A DNA stretch of 64,000 nt from an uncultured bacterium. GTDB taxonomy: Bacteria > Bacteroidota > Bacteroidia > Bacteroidales > CAIXTV01. Below the pieces are notes generated by a model. That model saw nothing but the letters and a program-made list of their open reading frames with translations. It ran no database searches and had not been told where the DNA came from. The position numbers were made by a program, and so were the translations under genes. Shown here one piece after another: positions 30,791-40,868 of this stretch. The number at the start of each line of letters is the position of its first letter. Position 1 is the stretch's first letter. Location of the stretch: NCBI GenBank assembly GCA_903922465.1, contig CAIXTV010000078.1, positions 3,624 through 67,623 of the forward strand. The letters run 5' to 3'.

Positions 30791-31489
30791 ATGAAAAAAA
30801 TCGTTGTATTAACAGGAGCCGGCATTAGTGCCGAAAGCGGGATCAGTACTTTTCGCGACAGTGGCGGATTGTGGGAGAAACATGCCGTAGAAGATGTTGC
30901 CACTTTTGAAGCATGGAAAAAAAATCCCCATTTAGTATTGGAATTTTATAACCAAAGAAGGAAGCAATTGCATGAAGTTCAACCCAATGCTGCTCACTTT
31001 GCGCTGGCTGAATTAGAGAAATACTTTGATGTGCAAATCGTAACTCAAAACGTTGATAATTTGCACGAAAGGGCTGGGTCGAAAAAGATTCTTCATTTAC
31101 ATGGTGAGTTGACCAAATCGAGAAGCACTATTGATGATTCCCTAATTTATAATATTGAAGGGTGGGAACTAAAGTGGGGGGATACTTGTGAAAAAGGCTC
31201 ACAGCTTCGCCCTCATATTGTTTGGTTTGGTGAAGCTGTCCCTAATATTGTGCTGGCCTCTGAAATGGCGAGTAAAGCCGATGTTCTGATGGTGATAGGC
31301 ACATCTTTAAATGTATATCCCGCAGCGGGTTTACTGCATTATGCTGCTCCTTTTATCCCCAAATATTTAATAGATCCAGATGCTGCGCTTTATGTGCCTC
31401 AAGTGAAAAATCTCACTATAATAAAGCAAAAAGCGGGAATTGGTTTGCCTGCTTTGGTCAAAGATTTGATTGCTTCACACTCCAATTAG
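30791..31489 (+). CDS. cobB: SIR2-family NAD-dependent protein deacylase (CobB-like)
   Basis: GAGISAESGISTFRD, QNVDNLHERAG and HLHGEL. The protein is short and single-domain. The ATG at 30791 (MKKIVVLTGAG) is preferred over 30776. Confidence 0.85.
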   Translation: MKKIVVLTGAGISAESGISTFRDSGGLWEKHAVEDVATFEAWKKNPHLVLEFYNQRRKQLHEVQPNAAHFALAELEKYFDVQIVTQNVDNLHERAGSKKILHLHGELTKSRSTIDDSLIYNIEGWELKWGDTCEKGSQLRPHIVWFGEAVPNIVLASEMASKADVLMVIGTSLNVYPAAGLLHYAAPFIPKYLIDPDAALYVPQVKNLTIIKQKAGIGLPALVKDLIASHSN

Positions 31490-31494
31490 GCACT

Positions 31495-32334
31495 ATGGAT
31501 TATACCCAAAACAAAAAAAGCATTAAGTATCATTTGAAGAAATTTCTTTTGGCTCACGCCAATGATATCAGAGGAAAATCCATTGTTGACATTCCTGCCG
31601 GCAATGGCGTAACTTCGGCTATTGTTAGAGATTTAGGCGGAAATGTACTCCCTTTCGATTTATTTACCGAGTATTTCACTCTAAGCGAACCCAAATGTGT
31701 GAGGGCAGATGTTATGCAGGGAATTCCTTTAGACAATGCAGTGGCCGATTGGTTGATTTGTCAGGAAGGTATTGAGCATTTCCCAAATCAAGATATTGCT
31801 TTTAATGAGTTTAACAGAGTATTGAAAGTGGGTGGTTCTCTCATTATTACTACTCCCAATTATTCGAATTTGCGTGCGAAGTTTAGCTATATGATTGGCG
31901 AAATGGAAAGATTTAACCGTACTATGCCCCCAAACGAAATGGATTCGGTTTGGATGAGCGCTAATGATTCGGGGACTGTGCCCTACTACGGACATGTTTT
32001 TCTGATTGGTATTATGAAACTCCGATTATTGGCTAAACTCAACGGCTTTGATATCGAAAAAATCGTTTTCACCCGCATTAAAACTACATCTCTGCTGATG
32101 ATGCCAATTTTCTATCCTTTTATTTTACTTTTCAACAGCATTACCTATGTGAGGAATATCTTAAAAGCAAAAAGTAAACATCAGAAATTGGTCTATAAGG
32201 AAGTGTTTCGTTTGAGTATTCAGCCCAAAATTTTGGTTGATGGACATCTTTTTGTCGTATTTAAAAAGAAATCCTCTGCTACCGAAGCTATCTTAAAAGT
32301 TAAAAGCCGGCATTCGGAATTTGGTTTAACTTAA
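31495..32334 (+). CDS. Class I SAM-dependent methyltransferase
   Basis: Motif I-like VDIPAGNG and post-I/II LKVGGSLIITTPN. It starts 5 bp after cobB. Confidence 0.6.
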   Translation: MDYTQNKKSIKYHLKKFLLAHANDIRGKSIVDIPAGNGVTSAIVRDLGGNVLPFDLFTEYFTLSEPKCVRADVMQGIPLDNAVADWLICQEGIEHFPNQDIAFNEFNRVLKVGGSLIITTPNYSNLRAKFSYMIGEMERFNRTMPPNEMDSVWMSANDSGTVPYYGHVFLIGIMKLRLLAKLNGFDIEKIVFTRIKTTSLLMMPIFYPFILLFNSITYVRNILKAKSKHQKLVYKEVFRLSIQPKILVDGHLFVVFKKKSSATEAILKVKSRHSEFGLT

Positions 32335-32521
32335 ATTCGCAGCGACCGAAAAGCTTGCATATAGGGTTGTATCATACAGCTTAAAAGCTATTATTAATAT
32401 ACTTAACATCAGATAGTGGCTTATATGATGTGATTCTCTTTAATATAGGGCTGGCTGAAAGATTATGACTGAAATTTGTAAATCTATACGCTTTCTTGCC
32501 TAATTTTAATACTTTTGCATT

Positions 32522-33091
32522 ATGATAATGGTTGACAATGTAGTGGTTTCTGATGAGCTAATTAAAGCTCGTTTTATGTGTAATCTTGCCGAATGTAAAG
32601 GGGCCTGTTGTATCGAAGGGGATGCTGGTGCGCCTTTAAAGGTGGAGGAAATTGGGATTATTGAAGATGATTTGGATCTCATCAAGCCTTTTATGACGCC
32701 TGAAGGCTTAAAGGTTGTTGAGGAGTTTGGAGTTTTCGACTATGATTCTTTTGGCAATTTTGTCACTCCTCTCATTAAGGACAGGGATTGTGCGTTTGTT
32801 TTTTACAATGATGGCGTTGCCGCCTGTGCTATTGAAAAAGCCCATCTTGAAGGGGAAATCGATTTCCGCAAACCCATTTCGTGTTATTTATATCCCATAC
32901 GTGTTAGCAAATCGGGGCCCATCGAAACCTTGCACTTTCATCGATGGAATATTTGCAGCCCTGCTTTTAGTTTTGGGCAACAGCAACAAATGCCAGTATA
33001 TCAGTTTTTGCGTGAACCTCTTATTCTTAAATATGGTTACGCTTGGTTTAAAAAATTGGAACAATTAGTTGCAAAGAAGAAACTAAGATAA
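32522..33091 (+). CDS. DUF3109-like cysteine-rich protein
   Basis: FMCNLAECKGACCIEGDAGAPL N-terminal pattern, recalled from Bacteroidota DUF3109 proteins. Function is unknown. Confidence 0.5.
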   Translation: MIMVDNVVVSDELIKARFMCNLAECKGACCIEGDAGAPLKVEEIGIIEDDLDLIKPFMTPEGLKVVEEFGVFDYDSFGNFVTPLIKDRDCAFVFYNDGVAACAIEKAHLEGEIDFRKPISCYLYPIRVSKSGPIETLHFHRWNICSPAFSFGQQQQMPVYQFLREPLILKYGYAWFKKLEQLVAKKKLR

Positions 33092-33537
33092 TTGCGTTTG
33101 GGTTTATAATTTCTTCGTGTTTCCGATGTTTTTAAGGTTTAATTCTCCCTTAGAACACCTTTTTACTTGCCTGAATTTCATTAAGCTAAACTATTTTTAA
33201 TTTCATTTAACAAATCTTTCTCGCTGAATTTCTGTCAAATAATTCGTTTAACAAAATAATTCTTGCCTGAGGCCCTGATATTTCGTATTATTGTGCTAGG
33301 TTTTGTTTAAGTAGAATTACTATGTTAAGAGAGGGTCAAAATATTTTTTTATCTTCTGAACCCATGGTTTCAGTTGAGTGGGAAAACCATTTTCATCCAC
33401 TTGGGTTGCTTATGTCATATAAGTTTAAAACTTGTAAACGCTATGATATTATAAGCATATCAAACATTTATATCAGAGCTTTTTACTTTCTGACTTCGTA
33501 TTTACAATTTTCCACACAAGGTTTATTTTCTTTAGTG

Positions 33538-33765
33538 AGAGCTTTAAAGTTTCTCGTTAAAGCTTTAAAGTTTCTCGTACAAGATTTTAATTCTCTAAAG
33601 CAAGCATACTGTTTTTTCGTACACAATTTTAGTTCCTCAAAGCAAGATTTTAATTTCTTCAAGCAAGCATTCTTTTTTGTCGTACAAGATTTTAATTCTC
33701 TCAAGCAGGCTTTCTGTTTTCTCGTACACAATTTATATTTCATTGTACAAGATTATTTCAACCTG
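33538..33765. repeat. Tandem array B: degenerate 42-bp unit of two 21-bp half-units (AAGCNTNCTGTTTTNTCGTAC + AAGATTTTAATTCTCTNAAGC), about 5 copies
   Basis: Read directly. Both strands stay open across it, giving track ORFs 33322..33927 (+) and 33483..33743 (-). Confidence 0.85.
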
Positions 33766-33960
33766 AAATTCAATTATAAAACTGTATATCTGAATTATAT
33801 TGTATTGAAATTCAACTCAAAAACTGTCGGTTCGAGATTTTATTATTCGGCTACCGATAAATTTTATTTCAACCCAACATTTTATTATGATTTAATAATC
33901 TTAAAGCAAAATATCATCAAGCATTAAAATTCAAAATAAAACCTAATTAATAGTAACAAA

Positions 33961-34689
33961 ATGAACCGATCAGTTTATCCAACCAAAAGAATGGCTTTAT
34001 CTGTCTACTTCATGATAGTTATAGCCTATTTAATCGACAACGCAAGCCGACTTCGTATCACCACAGGCAATTGCAGAGCCTTAGCCGCCTTGTATGGGAA
34101 CAGTTCAACAGAAGGCAGCTATCAGTATTATTTTGAACTGTGGACCGATAAAACAGGAAAAAGCACCACCAACGTAAAAACTAATCTTACCACTAAAGAA
34201 AATCTCCTCAAAGCTTTGCTGTCAAAAATTTATAACGACATCCCTCTTAGTAAATGGACCGACACCGACCGTTTGACGCTGAACCGAAAAACTGGTGCAC
34301 ACAAAGCCTACAGTCACCCTTCGACCCCCATTACCGAAAATTGTTATGCAACAATCGTACCCTTGGGTGATGGAGTAGCAAAATTTTCTTGCCGTCCTTC
34401 AAACTCGAAATCGCGTTCTGCTTTACCCAAAAATGCCAACGGAGTAGAGGTGGCTTTTCGTTTGGATTTACCACAAATAGATGAGGCTAGCAATAAGATT
34501 AAACGCACTCCTATCAATAATCCCGAAGATGGAACAAGCAAATTTAGGGATACCAAAGCAAAGTTTATAAAGGGCTTTGGCAGTGATAATGCAGCATTTC
34601 ATTTGCAGTGCTATACCCGTTGGATTAATAGTAAACACCCCAAAATCAACGGGATTTGGACAGGCCCCTTCAGTATTATATTACTTTAA
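33961..34689 (+). CDS. Hypothetical protein (242 aa), no family recognised
   Basis: Long ORF with normal composition and a bidirectional terminator downstream. The C-terminal part may be beta-sandwich/FN3-like (weak impression). A start at 33991 (MALSV) is possible. Confidence 0.5.
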   Translation: MNRSVYPTKRMALSVYFMIVIAYLIDNASRLRITTGNCRALAALYGNSSTEGSYQYYFELWTDKTGKSTTNVKTNLTTKENLLKALLSKIYNDIPLSKWTDTDRLTLNRKTGAHKAYSHPSTPITENCYATIVPLGDGVAKFSCRPSNSKSRSALPKNANGVEVAFRLDLPQIDEASNKIKRTPINNPEDGTSKFRDTKAKFIKGFGSDNAAFHLQCYTRWINSKHPKINGIWTGPFSIILL

Positions 34690-34755
34690 ATCAGTAATTT
34701 TTGGCTGAAATTTCGCAAACTAAATAATATCAGTTTGCGTGAGGAATTATCAGAA

Positions 34756-34791
34756 TAAAAAAAAGACCCTCGTACATGAGGGTCTTTTTTA
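34756..34791. terminator. Bidirectional intrinsic terminator between convergent genes
   Basis: A-run, AGACCCTC-gtacat-GAGGGTCT stem-loop, then T-run. Confidence 0.8.
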
Positions 34792-34809
34792 AATAGGTTT
34801 AAACTCGCT

Positions 34810-35823
34810 TTAGATTGTAGGATACAATTTAAAGATATCGTCTGATTTCATCAGAATATCAATATATTGAGCTCTTTTATAAGCAAATTTATCTTTGATG
34901 TTCTTTTTCGAAAGTTTTCCTTTGAAGTCGCTAATCGAATCATATTTCTTTTCGGCCATCCATGCTTCAATATCGGTGAGCATTTTAGCCACATGTCCGA
35001 TTTGGTTTTTATAAATAGTGCTGGCCACCTGAACACAATCGGCTCCGGCAAGTAACATTTTGATTACGTCGCTACCTTCAAAAATTCCGGTATTAGCACA
35101 AATGTTGGCCTTAATGTTTCCATGTAATAAACCTGCAAAGCGCATCGTAATGCGATTATCTTCAACATTGCTTACTGTGTAAGGGAAAACCTGGGTTTCG
35201 GTGTTAATGTCGATATCGTGTTGGAAAAAACGATTAAAAGCAACCACAGCGTCGGCACCTGCTTCATCCATTTTTGCAATAAAACGCAAAGGATTTGAAT
35301 AGAAATAACTCAATTTAACACTAACGGGTATCTTAACGGCAGCTTTAACGGCTTTCAGTATTTCAACCTGAGCATCTTCGATAGTTTTACCGCAAAGGTC
35401 GAACTTCACAGGCACTGCATAAAAATTAAGCTCAATAGCATCAACACCTGTTTCTTCAATTTTTTTGGCATATTCAACCCAAGTATCTTCATAAACTGCA
35501 TTCAAACTGGCAATAAGCGGTATAGTAACAGCTTGTTTTGCCAAACGAAGATTCATCAGAAACTCCTCAGGACCTGCATGGGTAATATCAGGGAACAAAG
35601 AAGTCATTTCGGCATTGCGTTCTTCAAATTCGGTCATTGTTTGGTGCATTTCGAGGTTTTCGAGTTGAATTTGTTCCTCGAAAATCGACTTATAAACTAT
35701 GGCAGCTGCACCTGCTGCTTCCATTTTTTTAAGATTGTTAATGTCAACAACCAAATTGTTTGCACCAACGATGATAGGGTTTTTTAATTGTAACCCCATG
35801 TATTGTATAGTTAGATTAGCCAT
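34810..35823 (-). CDS. Dihydroorotate dehydrogenase-like TIM-barrel protein (non-canonical active site)
   Basis: Collinear with class 1 DHOD/PreA (IVGANN..., AIELN..., VSVKL...). The N-x-S-C-P-N catalytic loop reads ELNFYAVP instead. Confidence 0.7.
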   Translation of the reverse strand: MANLTIQYMGLQLKNPIIVGANNLVVDINNLKKMEAAGAAAIVYKSIFEEQIQLENLEMHQTMTEFEERNAEMTSLFPDITHAGPEEFLMNLRLAKQAVTIPLIASLNAVYEDTWVEYAKKIEETGVDAIELNFYAVPVKFDLCGKTIEDAQVEILKAVKAAVKIPVSVKLSYFYSNPLRFIAKMDEAGADAVVAFNRFFQHDIDINTETQVFPYTVSNVEDNRITMRFAGLLHGNIKANICANTGIFEGSDVIKMLLAGADCVQVASTIYKNQIGHVAKMLTDIEAWMAEKKYDSISDFKGKLSKKNIKDKFAYKRAQYIDILMKSDDIFKLYPTI

Positions 35824-36000
35824 GATATTGTTTGTTTAATATAATAAGTAACATTATTTGATTTGTATTGTTTATTAGGGATGTCTATAAAAATTCAAAA
35901 ACCGGCAATCTTCATTCAGCAAAATTAAACTTCAAGGTTTGTTTTTTGGAGATTGAGGAGTGCCGGATTTATATAATAGTTTTAGTATTAGTTACAGACG

Positions 36001-39000
36001 TTATTTCGTATAGTCCATATTTGCTTGTCTGCGATAACCATCGTAACGCCATTTAGCATTTTCTTCGGCAGCTTTAAATAGTTCGGCAGCTTCTTTAGGG
36101 AAAGATTTTTTCAAAGAAGTGTAGCGAACTTCACTGTTAAGGAAATTCTGGAATTCTTCCCATTTAGGTTCTTTCGAATCGAGAATAAATGGATTTTTAC
36201 CTTCGTCAGCTAAAGAAGGGTTATAACGATATAAATGCCAATAACCTGATTCAACAGCACGTGCCGACTCATCCTGAGTTTTACCCATTCCTGCTCTTAA
36301 ACCATGATTAATACAAGGTGCATAAGCAATAATAATTGAAGGCCCCGGGAAAGCTTCTGCTTCTTTCAATACTCTGAAGTATTGACCCATATTGGCTCCC
36401 ATAGCCACCTGAGCAACATATACATAACCATAAGAAATAGCCATCATACCTAAATCTTTCTTGCGAATTCTTTTTCCTGAAGCAGCAAATTTAGCAACAG
36501 CACCCACTGGAGTTGCTTTTGATGACTGACCACCCGTATTAGAATAGACTTCGGTGTCGAGAACAAGCACATTCACATCTTCGCCACTGGCTAAAACATG
36601 ATCTAAACCACCGTAACCAATATCATAAGCCCAACCATCACCACCAAAAATCCATACCGATTTCTTAACAAGATATTGTTTCAAATCGAGAATTTCTTTA
36701 GCATAACTTTCTTTTGATTTTTCAAGCAAATCAACAACCACTTTCGATGCTTTCACCGAAGCGTCAGAGTTCTTCATACTGGAAATCCAGTTTTCAAAAG
36801 CTTCTTTAACATCAGCAGCAACACCTTTAGCCATTGCAACTTCCATCAAACGCGAAAGACGTTGTCTCATTTTATCAATACCCAATGACATTCCATATCC
36901 ATATTCAGCATTATCTTCAAATAATGAATTAGCCCATGCTGGACCATGACCGTTTCTTAGATTAGCTCTGTAAGGAGTAGATGGAGCCGAACCTCCATAA
37001 ATAGATGAACAACCAGTAGCGTTGGCTACCATCATACGTTCGCCATAAAGCTGAGTAATGAGTTTAATATAAGGAGTTTCTCCACAACCAGCGCAAGCAC
37101 CTGAAAACTCAAATAAAGGTTGAGCAAATTGACTGTTCTTGAAAGTTTTAAACTTATCAAGGGTGTCGTCTTTGTAAGTTACTTTATTAGCAAGATAATC
37201 CCAGCGACCAATTTCAGCCTCCTGACTGCCAAGTGGTTTCATAACTAAAGATTTCACTTTCGAAGGACATACATCTGCACAATTACCACAACCAGTGCAA
37301 TCTAATGTACTCACCTGTATGCGGAACTGCAAACCATCAACATCTTTACCTGTGGCTTTAACCACTACGGTGTTTTCAGGAGCATTCTTTAATTCAGTAT
37401 CATTTAATAAGAAAGGACGAATAGCAGCGTGAGGGCAAACATAAGCACACTGATTACATTGAATACACGTTTCAGGAACCCATTCAGGGACATTCACAGC
37501 AATACCTCTTTTTTCATATTCAGTTGTTCCGGCAGGGAAAGTACCATCTTCACGACCAAGGAATGCGCTTACGGGTAAATCATCTCCCTTTTGTGCATTG
37601 ATAGGTTCCATAACATTCTTGATGAAATCAGGAATATTGCGGGTATCAACATGTTCTTTCACAACAATGTTTTTCCATTCTGCAGGAACAGCAACTTCAA
37701 TAACATCACCCCCACGATCAACAGCAGCATTGTTCATGGTAACAATTTCTTCACCCTTATTACCGTAAGATTTGTAGATGGCTTTCTTCATTTCTGTAAC
37801 GGCAAGTTCGTATGAAATAACATTCGAAACTTTAAAGAAAGCAGCCTGCATTATGGTGTTGGTGCGGTTGCCCAAACCAATTTCATCAGCTATTGCGGTA
37901 GCGTTTATGATATAAAACTTAATTTCGTTTACTGCCAAATACTTCTTGAAGCTATCGGGAAGCCTGAGTTTTGTTTCTTCCGCATCCCAAATACTATTGA
38001 AAAGGAAAGAGCCTCCTTTTTTCAATCCTTTAAGCATGTCATATTTATCTAAATAAGATGGAACATGGCAGGCAACAAAGTCAGGAGTGTTAACTAAATA
38101 GGGTGAACGAATTGGATGATCACCAAAACGAAGGTGAGAAACAGTAATACCACCCGATTTTTTTGAGTCATAAGCAAAATAAGCTTGACAATATTTATCA
38201 GTAGTATCACCAATAATTTTTATTGAGTTTTTATTTGCACCAACAGTACCATCAGCACCTAATCCAAAGAATTTACCTTCAATGGTTCCTTCAGGATTAA
38301 CAATGATTTCTGGTAATAAAGGCAATGAAAGATGAGTTATATCATCATTAATCCCGATAGTGAAACGATTTCTTGGTTCTTTTGCAATCAGATTGTTATA
38401 AACCGAAAGCATTTGAGCAGGAGTGGTATCTTTTGAACTTAAACCATAACGTCCTCCAATAATCATAGGCATATTTTCTTTTCCGTAGAAAAGGTCTTTA
38501 ATGTCTAAATAAAGTGGTTCGCCATTGGCACCTGGTTCTTTAGTACGATCTAATACACATATTTTCTTAACGCTTTTAGGCATTACATTAAAGAAATATT
38601 TTTCTGAGAATGGACGATATAAGTGAACACTGATGATACCAAGTTTTTCACCCTGTTTAGCTAAATAATCAACCAATTCCTTAAGAGTTTCGGTGATTGA
38701 GCCCATAGCCACTATAACATTTTCGGCATCTTTTGCTCCGTAATAGGTAAATGGATGATATTCACGACCGGTAATTTTTTTCAGTTGTTGCATATAGTCT
38801 TCAACAACATCTGGTAATGAATCATAAAAACTGTTGGCAGCTTCGCGTGATTGGAAATAGATATCAGGATTCTGAGCAGTACCACGAGTAACAGGATGTT
38901 CAGGGTTAAGTGCTCTGTCGCGGAATTCTTGAAGAGCCTTGTAATCGATAAGTGTTGCCATTTGCTCAGTAGTAGGAGCTTCTACTTTCTGAATTTCATG

Positions 39001-39537
39001 AGATGTCCTAAAACCATCGAAGAAGTGCATAAATGGCACTCTTGATTTAATAGCAGCTAAGTGAGCTATACCTGCTATGTCCATAATTTCTTGAACGCTA
39101 CCGGTAGCCAACATAGCAAAACCAGTTTGACGTGTACTCATAACATCGCTATGATCTCCAAAAATAGACAGCGCCTGAGCAGCTAAGCTTCTTGCTGAAA
39201 CATGAAATACTCCGGGTAATAATTCACCGGCAATTTTATACATATTCGGAATCATCAACAACAAACCCTGAGAAGCTGTGTAAGTTGATGTAAGAGCACC
39301 GGATTGCAAAGAGCCATGCACAGCACCAGAGGCTCCACCTTCTGATTGCATTTCGGCTACTTTTACGGTTTCGTTGAAAATGTTTTTTACGCCATGGGCT
39401 GCCCATTCGTCAACGTATTCTGCCATGGTAGAGGAGGGAGTGATAGGGTAGATTGCTGCCACTTCACTAAACATATAGGCAATGTATGCGGCCGCATAGT
39501 TGCCATCACATGTTTTGAAATTTTTTGATTGTTCCAT
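36001..39537 (-). CDS. nifJ: Pyruvate:ferredoxin (flavodoxin) oxidoreductase
   Basis: 1178 aa. Two ferredoxin-type clusters (CIQCNQCAYVCPHAA, CTGCGNCADVCP) and the TPP-binding GGDGWAYDIGYGGLDH motif. Confidence 0.95.
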   Translation of the reverse strand: MEQSKNFKTCDGNYAAAYIAYMFSEVAAIYPITPSSTMAEYVDEWAAHGVKNIFNETVKVAEMQSEGGASGAVHGSLQSGALTSTYTASQGLLLMIPNMYKIAGELLPGVFHVSARSLAAQALSIFGDHSDVMSTRQTGFAMLATGSVQEIMDIAGIAHLAAIKSRVPFMHFFDGFRTSHEIQKVEAPTTEQMATLIDYKALQEFRDRALNPEHPVTRGTAQNPDIYFQSREAANSFYDSLPDVVEDYMQQLKKITGREYHPFTYYGAKDAENVIVAMGSITETLKELVDYLAKQGEKLGIISVHLYRPFSEKYFFNVMPKSVKKICVLDRTKEPGANGEPLYLDIKDLFYGKENMPMIIGGRYGLSSKDTTPAQMLSVYNNLIAKEPRNRFTIGINDDITHLSLPLLPEIIVNPEGTIEGKFFGLGADGTVGANKNSIKIIGDTTDKYCQAYFAYDSKKSGGITVSHLRFGDHPIRSPYLVNTPDFVACHVPSYLDKYDMLKGLKKGGSFLFNSIWDAEETKLRLPDSFKKYLAVNEIKFYIINATAIADEIGLGNRTNTIMQAAFFKVSNVISYELAVTEMKKAIYKSYGNKGEEIVTMNNAAVDRGGDVIEVAVPAEWKNIVVKEHVDTRNIPDFIKNVMEPINAQKGDDLPVSAFLGREDGTFPAGTTEYEKRGIAVNVPEWVPETCIQCNQCAYVCPHAAIRPFLLNDTELKNAPENTVVVKATGKDVDGLQFRIQVSTLDCTGCGNCADVCPSKVKSLVMKPLGSQEAEIGRWDYLANKVTYKDDTLDKFKTFKNSQFAQPLFEFSGACAGCGETPYIKLITQLYGERMMVANATGCSSIYGGSAPSTPYRANLRNGHGPAWANSLFEDNAEYGYGMSLGIDKMRQRLSRLMEVAMAKGVAADVKEAFENWISSMKNSDASVKASKVVVDLLEKSKESYAKEILDLKQYLVKKSVWIFGGDGWAYDIGYGGLDHVLASGEDVNVLVLDTEVYSNTGGQSSKATPVGAVAKFAASGKRIRKKDLGMMAISYGYVYVAQVAMGANMGQYFRVLKEAEAFPGPSIIIAYAPCINHGLRAGMGKTQDESARAVESGYWHLYRYNPSLADEGKNPFILDSKEPKWEEFQNFLNSEVRYTSLKKSFPKEAAELFKAAEENAKWRYDGYRRQANMDYTK

Positions 39538-39601
39538 TTTAATCTTAATTAATTCTGTTTGTAGCTTAAAACCAATTATTTGGTTAAATTCTTATTGTCG
39601 G

Positions 39602-39609
39602 CAAAAGTA
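39602..39609 (-). promoter_or_regulatory. -7 promoter box TACTTTTG on the minus strand, for nifJ
   Basis: The plus strand reads CAAAAGTA, 65 bp upstream of the nifJ ATG. Confidence 0.4.
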
Positions 39610-39943
39610 TAAATTCTTTTTGGTTATTTAAAACATTTAGGGCTAAAGATTTTTTATTGTTGCTTATTTTGAAACTATATAAAAAAGGACCAAGCAACTA
39701 TGATGTTCTAACTATCTGAAATATCATGAATGTCTACTTAAAAGGATTTAGGTGACAAGGAGCAAATTATTACAGGAACAACCAAAAATTGTGCTTCCGT
39801 TTGACGCAATTGCTGTAAAACATCTATCTTAATCAGCAAAAATTATTTTTTAAACCTTATTAGGAAACATGCACTTATATTAATTTTGCTTCCTTTTAAA
39901 GGCCTAAATCAGGGTAAAATCTAATTTATGTGTATTATTTGTG

Positions 39944-40507
39944 ATGGAAGATACCGAATTATTAAAACGACTCAAAGCTGGGGATAAAACTGCCTTTACT
40001 GAGTTGGTATCTATATACGCAAGCAAGGTTACCAATACTTGTTACCGTTTTTTTCTCGACAAGCAAGATGCTGAAGATATTTCACAAGAAGTATTTATTG
40101 AAATATATCAATCGATTAGACATTTTAAAGGAGATGCAAAGCTTTCGACATGGATATATCGCATTGCAGTAAGTAAAAGTATGGATGAAATTAAACGCCG
40201 TAATCGCAAAAAACGTTTTGAATCAATTGGCAAACATCTTCATCTTGATGAATTTGCAAATTGGATATCGGGAGGCCACATGCCCGATGAAAGAATAAAT
40301 GAAAAAGATAAAATGAAAGAAGTGATGCAGGCTTTAAACACATTAGCCGAAAACCAAAGGATTGCATATACCCTAAGCAAAATTGAAGGCTATGGTAATA
40401 AAGAAATAGCAGAGATTATGAAAACAAGCACCCTTGCCGTTGAATCATTGATATACCGTGCAAAAAAGAAAGTGAGCAAGGCATTAGAATTGATTTTGAA
40501 AAAATAA
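39944..40507 (+). CDS. ECF-type RNA polymerase sigma-70 family factor
   Basis: Region 2 (DAEDISQEVFIEIYQSI...STWIYRIAVSKSMD) and region 4 HTH (NKEIAEIMKTSTLAVESLIYRAKKK). Confidence 0.9.
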   Translation: MEDTELLKRLKAGDKTAFTELVSIYASKVTNTCYRFFLDKQDAEDISQEVFIEIYQSIRHFKGDAKLSTWIYRIAVSKSMDEIKRRNRKKRFESIGKHLHLDEFANWISGGHMPDERINEKDKMKEVMQALNTLAENQRIAYTLSKIEGYGNKEIAEIMKTSTLAVESLIYRAKKKVSKALELILKK

Positions 40508-40559
40508 TCAAGCAATACCGCCAGAAATCAAAATACTTGTCGTCTAACAAATAAGAATA

Positions 40560-40865
40560 ATGAAAGAATTAGCCTTACATATTGAAGTAACACAAAGCCT
40601 CCTAGAGTTTGAAACCCTTAAAGACATTGAGATTTCAGCAGAATGGGAACAGTCATTAATCAACAGAATTAATAAATCGAAACTTCATTCTTTATCACGC
40701 TTATCTTTGAATATGTTTGTTGTTACCATATTAATTATCTTGTTCAACCTGAGTTTTATATTGAATATCTTAATCCACAATTCCCCTGCTTCTTCCTCAC
40801 ACCAAAGAGATTTGCAAATGATTTCGAAAGACTTTTTGATTAATCCTGTTTCATTAAACAAATAA
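40560..40865 (+). CDS. Small single-pass membrane protein, putative anti-sigma factor
   Basis: Called from its position after the sigma gene and one TM segment (MFVVTILIILFNLSFILNILI). No zinc anti-sigma motif is present. Confidence 0.45.
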   Translation: MKELALHIEVTQSLLEFETLKDIEISAEWEQSLINRINKSKLHSLSRLSLNMFVVTILIILFNLSFILNILIHNSPASSSHQRDLQMISKDFLINPVSLNK

Positions 40866-40868
40866 ATC

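Noticed and set aside
30791-31489. SIR2 gene as an antiphage defence effector (Thoeris/DSR/pAgo-associated type)
   Set aside because: It is a short single-domain CobB-like deacylase with canonical sirtuin motifs. It has no sensor or partner domains and sits among housekeeping metabolic genes.
33322-33927. Track ORFs 33322..33927 (+) and 33483..33743 (-)
   Set aside because: They span degenerate repeat array B and translate to low-complexity, Phe/Lys-rich sequence. Both strands are open, so these are most likely repeat artefacts.
39775-39800. ECF-type promoter GGAAC-N18-CGT upstream of the first sigma gene
   Set aside because: The spacer is longer than the usual 16-17 nt, it is a single occurrence, no similar element precedes the second sigma gene, and ECF consensus sequences for this phylum are not known to me.
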